DNA of 30,934 nucleotides from Pirellulales bacterium. GTDB lineage: Bacteria; Planctomycetota; Planctomycetia; Pirellulales; PNKZ01. Shown here one piece after another: positions 25,114-30,934 of the stretch. A model generated the notes under the pieces. That model did no database searches. It had not been told where the DNA came from and worked only from the letters and a program-made list of their open reading frames with translations. The stretch covers positions 1 to 30,934 of the forward strand of contig DATCFX010000901.1 of the NCBI GenBank assembly GCA_036509275.1. Direction: 5' to 3'. The translations under genes and the position numbers were made by a program. Positions within the stretch are counted from its first letter, which is position 1. The number at the start of each line of letters is the position of its first letter.

Positions 25114-25836
25114 ATGATGGATCTGCTCAATCACACGTTTGCGACGCCCGAGGAAAATCTGGCCTGCGACGAGGCGCTGTTGAACGCGGCCGAGCAGGCC
25201 AGCCAGGCGCGCGAGGTGTTGCGATTCTGGGAAAGCGACCGGCCGCTGGTCGTGCTGGGCTACTCGTCGCACGTCGAGCGCGAGGTGCATCAGGACTTCT
25301 GCCGCCGCAGCGAGATTCCCATTCTCCGACGCACCAGCGGCGGAGCGGCGGTCGTGGCCGGGCCGGGTTGCCTGATGTACGCCCTGGTGCTGAGCTACCA
25401 ACTTCGGCCGCAACTGCGCGATCTCGGCGTCGCGCATGACCTGGTAATGGGCCGCATGCTCCAGGCCCTGGCCCCGCTGGTGCCGCAGCTCGAGCATCGC
25501 GGCACGTGCGACCTGGCCTTGGACGGTCGAAAAGTCTCGGGCAACAGCGTCCGCTGCCGGCGCGATCACTTGCTCTATCACGGCACGCTGCTCTACCGCT
25601 TTCCGCTCGAACTGCTCGACGCCTGCCTGGCCATGCCGCCGCGCCAGCCCGACTATCGCGGCGGCCGCGGCCACGGCGCGTTCGTGGCCAACCTGCCCCT
25701 GGATGCCGAAAGCATCCGGGCCGCGCTCGCCCAGGCTTGGCAGGCAGACACACCCGGCTCGCCCCCCTCGCCGGCCGAATTGCACACGCTGATGGCCGAA
25801 AAATACTCTCGGCCCGAGTGGAATTTTAAGCGTTAG
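25114..25836 (+). CDS. Lipoate-protein ligase family (BPL/LplA/LipB catalytic domain only)
   Basis: ENLACDEALL, LRFWE, RRTSGGAAV, DGRKVSGNS and LYHGTLL; no LplA C-terminal domain. Confidence 0.88.
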   Translation: MMDLLNHTFATPEENLACDEALLNAAEQASQAREVLRFWESDRPLVVLGYSSHVEREVHQDFCRRSEIPILRRTSGGAAVVAGPGCLMYALVLSYQLRPQLRDLGVAHDLVMGRMLQALAPLVPQLEHRGTCDLALDGRKVSGNSVRCRRDHLLYHGTLLYRFPLELLDACLAMPPRQPDYRGGRGHGAFVANLPLDAESIRAALAQAWQADTPGSPPSPAELHTLMAEKYSRPEWNFKR

Positions 25837-25936
25837 GCTCGCCCGAAAAATAACTTCTGTTTTTTCCGGCCCCTCACCCGGCCCTCTCCCGCAAGGGGAG
25901 AGGGGTCGCGGAGAAGTTATTTTTCGGTCGATCCTT
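25834..25936. mobile_element. ~103 bp MITE-like element (opposite orientation to 15440); supplies the upstream gene's TAG stop
   Basis: TAGGCTCGCCCGAAAAATAACTTC ... GAAGTTATTTTTCGGTCGATCCT; perfect inner hairpin CCCTCTCCC-GCAAG-GGGAGAGGG. Confidence 0.78.
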
Positions 25937-26028
25937 AAGGTGTGGGCGATTGGCGTTGTGCCGGAGAAAAGATGCGGCCCGGCGGTCGGCAATCCGGCAT
26001 GCGTGTCGCGTGGCGCGAGTTCCGGCGA

Positions 26029-29000
26029 TCAACCCGACCTGGCCAAATTGAGTCCTGGCAGGGCCTCGATCACGGGCGCAGCCGATGGTTCCGTTTCGGA
26101 TACGTGCAGCGTCCCGTTCTTTTCCGCCAGCGTTCCCGCGGCAATTGCCGCTGCAAGCTGCCGCAAGATCAATTCGCGGAGTTGTTGGCTCGTGCTCTTG
26201 AAGCCGAGCATTCTGGCAACGGCCACGATTGCCTCCTCGCGCGCCACTCCCAGATGCCCATCGATCAGCACCAGCAGGGCACGATCGATTTCCGGCGGCG
26301 GCAGCATTTCGGGTTTTTTGAGGCCGCCGGACTTCACGGATTCCCGGTTGCGGATCGGAACAACGGTCTGATCCGTTGGCTGAAAGAAGGCATTCTCGGC
26401 TCGCACGAGGCCGATATCGATGGCTTCGGACAGCGCGTTCTTCACCGCTTGGCTGATGCGGCTGCCGGTCCGTGCCGCGCCGCAGAGCGTTGCCAGCCGC
26501 CGGGCAATTTCATCGCCGTGTACCGGGCCCTCGATCTGGACAACCTTAACGGCCAGGCCCATCAAGGTGCGCAAGGGCATATCTGGAATCGCCTGGGCGG
26601 CCCCCACGGCGAAGTCGGCTTCCCGGTACGGAACGGTAGGATCGATATCGTGCTGCGCCACTCGCTCGATCGACACGCGTTGCTCATGCAGCTCCTGCTC
26701 GCGCTGTTGGGCCGCGACCAATTCATTCTCGCGAATTGCCCAGGCGACCTTGGCAGCCTCGATTGCGGCGATCGCCTTGGCGAGCTGCGCTTGGGGCCGC
26801 TGGAACCAATCGGTGCTCCAGATGCGGTGGATCACCCAGCCGCGATCTTCCAGGACCTGTTGCCGCAGACGATCGCGATCGCGCGCCGACCTCGACGAAT
26901 GGTACTGCGCGCCGTCGCATTCAATGGCCAGTACGTAGCGGCCCGGCTTTTCCGGATCGATCACAGCCAGATCCACGAAGAATCCGGCGACGCCGACCTG
27001 GCACTCCACCTGGTGCCCCTGGGCGATCAGCGCCTGGGCGACTTGCCGCTCGAACTCCGAATCGTAGCTCTTGTGAGTTGAGGCGGCGACATCCAAATAG
27101 CCGGTCTCTGCGTAACGGAGGAAGGTCTTGAAGGCTTTGGCGCCAACGGCACTCGCCCGCGCAAGATCAATATCATCGGCCGTGATCGAGGAAAACACCT
27201 CGCAACGGGCTCGCGCTCGGCTGATGAGCACGTTCAGCCGGCGTTCGCCGCCTTTGTTGGACAACGGCCCAAAATTCATCGCCAGAAAGCCGGACTTATC
27301 CCGCGCATAACCGACGGAGATGAAGATGACTTCCCGCTCGTCGCCTTGGATGTTTTCCAGGTTCTTGACAAAGAACGGCTCGGCGCCGCCGGTGAGAAAG
27401 AACGCTTCGGTATCTTTCGAGCTCCGCCGCAGCAGTTCCAACTCGTCGAGAATGGCGTCGCGCTGGCTGACAGAAAACGCCCCGACGCCCAACGATACGT
27501 GCGGAAGCTCGCGCGCGTGCTTCATCACGGCCTCGGCCACTGCCCGGGCCTCGACGCGATTGGTGGCCGAACGCCCGCGATCGAACAGGCCGTCGCGGAG
27601 GTGGTGAAAGACGAGCCCCTCGCTGGCTCCGCGCAAGGGGCTGGGCACCACGAACAACTGATCGTCGTAGAATTCGTGGTTCGAGACGGCAATCAGCGAC
27701 TGATGCCGACTCCGATAATGCCACTTGAGCATCCGTTCGGGCACTTGTTGCGATTTGCACAACGCCAGGACGCTATCCAGATCGCTGGCGTTGTAGTCGT
27801 CCGTTTCGTCTTCGGCGGGCGCGGAATCGCTCAGTGCGTTGAAGAACTGGGTCGGCGGCAACTGCTTATCGTCCCCGACCACGGCCATCTGTCGCGCTCG
27901 GGCCACGGCCCCCAGGGCATCTTCCGGCCGCACCTGGCTGGCCTCGTCGATCAGCAGCAGATCGAACTGGGTGCTGTCGGGTTCGAGGAATTGCGCGATC
28001 GACATGGGGCTCATCATGAACACCGGCTTGATCGCCTGGATCGCGCGTCCGGCCTCCTTGATCAGCCGCCGGATCGGCTTGTGGTTTTTTCGCTTATTGA
28101 TTTCGTGCTTGAGAATGCCGAGCTCGCCCAGCTCCGAAGCGCCGGTGGGAATGGCTTGATAGTGGGCCAGCGCAACTTCGAGCCGTGCCAACTCGATTCG
28201 CAATTGGTCGTGCGCTTGAAAATCTTCGCGGAGCCGGCTGTGCGACTTGCCGTCGAACGCGGCGAGGCCCGGCCGCGCCTTGAATGCGGCAATCATCAGG
28301 CTTTCGAGGTAGGCCATCGAGAGCCGGTCCTCGGCCAGAGCCGGTTCAAGCAATCCGCTGAACAGCTCGCTCGGCAATTGCCCCAGGCCTTCGGCATTCA
28401 AGGCCGACCAACATAACCGGAAAGCGATCCAGCTCGTTAGCGACTCCAAATCAGCCTGCCATTGGCCGAGCCGCGCGCGGGCGTCGCGCAGCGGCAGGTG
28501 ATTGATGTCCGAGCATCCAAAGGCCAGCGGCAAATCGAGAGCCACGTCGCGAAAGATCTCTTGCAAATCTGATAGGAGCTTCTTGAGATCCGCTCGAATG
28601 GTTTGGACGAGATCGGCTGTTTTCTTGCGACTTTCGAGCGTGGCCATTGCCTGCCGGAACCCGCTGGAAATGCCCTCTGCGCGGCATTGCGACTCCCACT
28701 GCTCGATGGCCTGCAAGGCAGGCCAGTTCGACTCGGTGCCACGCCAGAAATGGCCGAGGGCTTGCGCCCCCAGGTCGGAATTCGGCTGCTGCGATTCGAT
28801 CTGCACGCGCGCGTTCTGCCAGGCCGCGAGCGTATCGAGGATCTGCAGCCGCTCGTCCAATTGCCCGGGCAACTCAATCTTCAGGATGCCGCGCATGTCG
28901 GCGATCGCTGCGCGATATTTTCGATTGAAAATGCGGAACCAGCTTCGACCGTGGCTGGCGATCGAGCGACGCGCTTCGCTCATATCCACCAGCCAGCCGG

Positions 29001-30816
29001 CCGGCGCGAGCCAGGGATCGAGCCGGGCATGTGCCGCGGTCAATGCAAGGCCGGCTGCGACCAGTTCGGCGATTGCGTCCCGGCTATGATCCCAGACGGC
29101 GTGGCCCATCGCAGTGCGATCCATGTCGGGCGCCAGGGCCAGGGCCCGACCCATCCGCGCCAAGCATGCGGCATCGCTCGCTGAATTGCCGGGCTGCTGC
29201 CTCAACGCCGCCGAGAGATCGTCCGTGGCTGAAATCAACCGGTGCAGCTGCTCGATCAAGTCCGGTAGCCGCTGTTGCAACCGAGCCAACTGGGTCGGCA
29301 GGCAGGAGTCCAGCATCACGCCGCGCCAGGAGTGCTGGGCGGGAGTCCCCATATCGGAAATGTGCCTCACGACCTCCCCCAGCAGGCTCTTTTTCGCTGC
29401 CAGGTCGCTGGGCGACCAGCCCAGCGGGTCCGCGAGGCCGAAGTCTGCCGGCTTCGTGTCTTTGGCCTGGAGACGACAAAGCTCGCCCATCACCAAGTAG
29501 GGCGTCATCGCGGACGATTCGATGGTCCCGTGTAGGTTGTCAACGTGCAGGTTGAGCCGGTCGCGCAACCTGGCAAGATTCGCAGCCTGCTCCTCGATCT
29601 TCTCCTGCTTCGGCGGACCGAGCGCCAGCGTGCGTTGAAGGTCTTCGAGCACGACGCGTTTATTGGCCTTATGACTGTGCAGCTCGAGGCAGATATCGCC
29701 CAGGCCGATGTTGTCCAGCCGCCGCTTGACGACGTCCAGGGCCGCCATCTTCTCGGCCACGAAAAGCACTTTCTTGCCGGCGCGCACCGCGGTCGCAATC
29801 AGATTGGCGATGGTTTGCGACTTGCCGGTGCCGGGCGGTCCCTGGATCACCAGGTTTTGTCCGCGCCGCACTTCCTCGATCGCGACGGTCTGCGAACTAT
29901 CGGCGTCGACGACGTGGGTCAGATCGAGCGGTTGTAGCACGCCATCGATCCGCTCCGAAGTTGAGCAAAACGGCGGCAGCGGACGAAACCCGTCGCCCAG
30001 CAGTCCCGAGATCAATGGATGCGCGTCGATCCGGTTCGCCTCCGGCCAGTTCGCCGGATCCAAATCGCGATACATCAGGAATTTTGTGAACGAGAAGAAC
30101 CAGACCACCATGTCGTCGGGCCGGACTTCCCAGCGGTCCTTGCCCTCGATCGACTTCGCGACAAGCTGGAAGTACGCTGCCGGCGAGAAATCGTCCGACT
30201 CGACGACCTCGGGCAATTGGATGCCGAAGTCCGCAGCCAGCTTCGCCTGAAGCGATAAATTCGTGGCAATTTCTTCTTCGCGCCAGCGGAGCCGAAATTT
30301 CGCATTCGCGTTTTTGCGATTCAGTTCGACCGGCAGCAGCAAGAGCGGAGCGAACCGCTCCTGATCGGAAGCGTCGGCCTCGAACCACTTCAAGAAGCCG
30401 ACTGCCAAATACAGGATATTGACGCCTTGCTCCTCTTCGTGCGTCTTGGCATCGTAGAACAGGTTCAGCAATCGCTTCTGCAGCCCGTCGGAAGTCAAGG
30501 CCGTCTGTAACCGATCGTCCGTGTAGCGCTCCGTGGCTTCTTCGTCCGATTCGTCGGGCTGGAACAGGACGACGTTCTGCTGGTCATCGTCGCTGGCTTC
30601 CGGCTGCTCGGTTCCCGGGCGGGCCAGGAAGGACATCGCTTTGCGTTCTTTGACCAGCAGCCGGAATACGTCTTCGGCGCGCTCGCCCACAATTTCGATA
30701 TTGCGGGCCTTGGACTTGCGCGGCGTGTTCAAGAGGCGATTGCGCAGGGTTAAATCGAGCAACTCTTGCTTGGCCTTGCCGAGTCGATTCGCAACCATGC
30801 CTGGCTCTAGCGTCAT
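26029..30816 (-). CDS. DUF4011 - SF1 (DNA2/NAM7-like) helicase - restriction-endonuclease-like (MTES_1575/Vsr-like) - DUF3320 protein; Hhe-like antiphage architecture
   Basis: LLDLTLRNRLLN, QGPPGTGKSQT, LIDEASQ, GDDKQLPP, HYRSR, KNLENIQGDERE and RLNVLISRAR; nuclease SEFE...VDLAV...AIECDGAQYH...DRLRQQVLEDRGW..HRIWSTDW. Start chosen at 30816 from SD spacing; 30822 is possible. Confidence 0.9.
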   Translation of the reverse strand: MTLEPGMVANRLGKAKQELLDLTLRNRLLNTPRKSKARNIEIVGERAEDVFRLLVKERKAMSFLARPGTEQPEASDDDQQNVVLFQPDESDEEATERYTDDRLQTALTSDGLQKRLLNLFYDAKTHEEEQGVNILYLAVGFLKWFEADASDQERFAPLLLLPVELNRKNANAKFRLRWREEEIATNLSLQAKLAADFGIQLPEVVESDDFSPAAYFQLVAKSIEGKDRWEVRPDDMVVWFFSFTKFLMYRDLDPANWPEANRIDAHPLISGLLGDGFRPLPPFCSTSERIDGVLQPLDLTHVVDADSSQTVAIEEVRRGQNLVIQGPPGTGKSQTIANLIATAVRAGKKVLFVAEKMAALDVVKRRLDNIGLGDICLELHSHKANKRVVLEDLQRTLALGPPKQEKIEEQAANLARLRDRLNLHVDNLHGTIESSAMTPYLVMGELCRLQAKDTKPADFGLADPLGWSPSDLAAKKSLLGEVVRHISDMGTPAQHSWRGVMLDSCLPTQLARLQQRLPDLIEQLHRLISATDDLSAALRQQPGNSASDAACLARMGRALALAPDMDRTAMGHAVWDHSRDAIAELVAAGLALTAAHARLDPWLAPAGWLVDMSEARRSIASHGRSWFRIFNRKYRAAIADMRGILKIELPGQLDERLQILDTLAAWQNARVQIESQQPNSDLGAQALGHFWRGTESNWPALQAIEQWESQCRAEGISSGFRQAMATLESRKKTADLVQTIRADLKKLLSDLQEIFRDVALDLPLAFGCSDINHLPLRDARARLGQWQADLESLTSWIAFRLCWSALNAEGLGQLPSELFSGLLEPALAEDRLSMAYLESLMIAAFKARPGLAAFDGKSHSRLREDFQAHDQLRIELARLEVALAHYQAIPTGASELGELGILKHEINKRKNHKPIRRLIKEAGRAIQAIKPVFMMSPMSIAQFLEPDSTQFDLLLIDEASQVRPEDALGAVARARQMAVVGDDKQLPPTQFFNALSDSAPAEDETDDYNASDLDSVLALCKSQQVPERMLKWHYRSRHQSLIAVSNHEFYDDQLFVVPSPLRGASEGLVFHHLRDGLFDRGRSATNRVEARAVAEAVMKHARELPHVSLGVGAFSVSQRDAILDELELLRRSSKDTEAFFLTGGAEPFFVKNLENIQGDEREVIFISVGYARDKSGFLAMNFGPLSNKGGERRLNVLISRARARCEVFSSITADDIDLARASAVGAKAFKTFLRYAETGYLDVAASTHKSYDSEFERQVAQALIAQGHQVECQVGVAGFFVDLAVIDPEKPGRYVLAIECDGAQYHSSRSARDRDRLRQQVLEDRGWVIHRIWSTDWFQRPQAQLAKAIAAIEAAKVAWAIRENELVAAQQREQELHEQRVSIERVAQHDIDPTVPYREADFAVGAAQAIPDMPLRTLMGLAVKVVQIEGPVHGDEIARRLATLCGAARTGSRISQAVKNALSEAIDIGLVRAENAFFQPTDQTVVPIRNRESVKSGGLKKPEMLPPPEIDRALLVLIDGHLGVAREEAIVAVARMLGFKSTSQQLRELILRQLAAAIAAGTLAEKNGTLHVSETEPSAAPVIEALPGLNLARSG

Positions 30817-30934
30817 GGGCATCCCTTCGAGAGACTCGATTGCGACGTTTACTCGGCCGAGCGTCGATCCTCGCCAAGATAGCACGCGCTGGCGCCGAAG
30901 CAAAAACGGCTGCGCACTTTCCGCCGGATATGCC

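Noticed and set aside
19849-30816. Caspase pair and Hhe-like helicase as a single defence system
   Set aside because: They are separated by yciH and a lipoate-ligase gene, and the caspases appear exported whereas the helicase is cytoplasmic. No link is supported beyond proximity.
1-30934. CRISPR array, tRNA/rRNA, integrase or transposase
   Set aside because: The repeats are dispersed or inverted rather than regularly spaced with unique spacers; no cloverleaf, rRNA-like sequence or recombinase motifs were seen.

Overview
GC-rich bacterial chromosome segment, most likely Planctomycetota (Pirellulales-like), inferred from the family mix: DUF1571, a TIGR03067-like domain, a single-barrel prenyltransferase-repeat protein, LRR and EF-hand exported proteins, a sulfatase and planctomycete-type repeats. 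The left two-thirds holds housekeeping and lineage-typical genes: partial DUF1614, DUF62 SAM hydrolase, bioA, SGNH hydrolase, an HD-GYP protein, a bifunctional nuclease, and a probably sigma54-driven DUF1571/hypothetical/SDR/Gfo-Idh-MocA operon. 15.6-19.8 kb is a scarred mosaic: an internally deleted sulfatase, orphan C-terminal fragments of a TetR and an ArsR regulator, and an ArsR-SRPBCC / methyltransferase / DoxX / SRPBCC cassette. It is followed by an operon of two signal-peptide-bearing caspase-family (C14) proteins, one carrying a second His-to-Gln pseudo-caspase domain. Then come yciH/SUI1, a lipoate-ligase-family gene and a ~1600 aa DUF4011-SF1 helicase-nuclease-DUF3320 protein (Hhe-like defence architecture). 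At least three repeat types occur: two GTAG-REP families (one copy in-frame inside a gene), a ~103 bp MITE-like element with covarying stems, and short-period 7-10 bp arrays. No rRNA, tRNA, CRISPR array, integrase or transposase was seen. All family assignments come from motif recognition by eye, not database searches.
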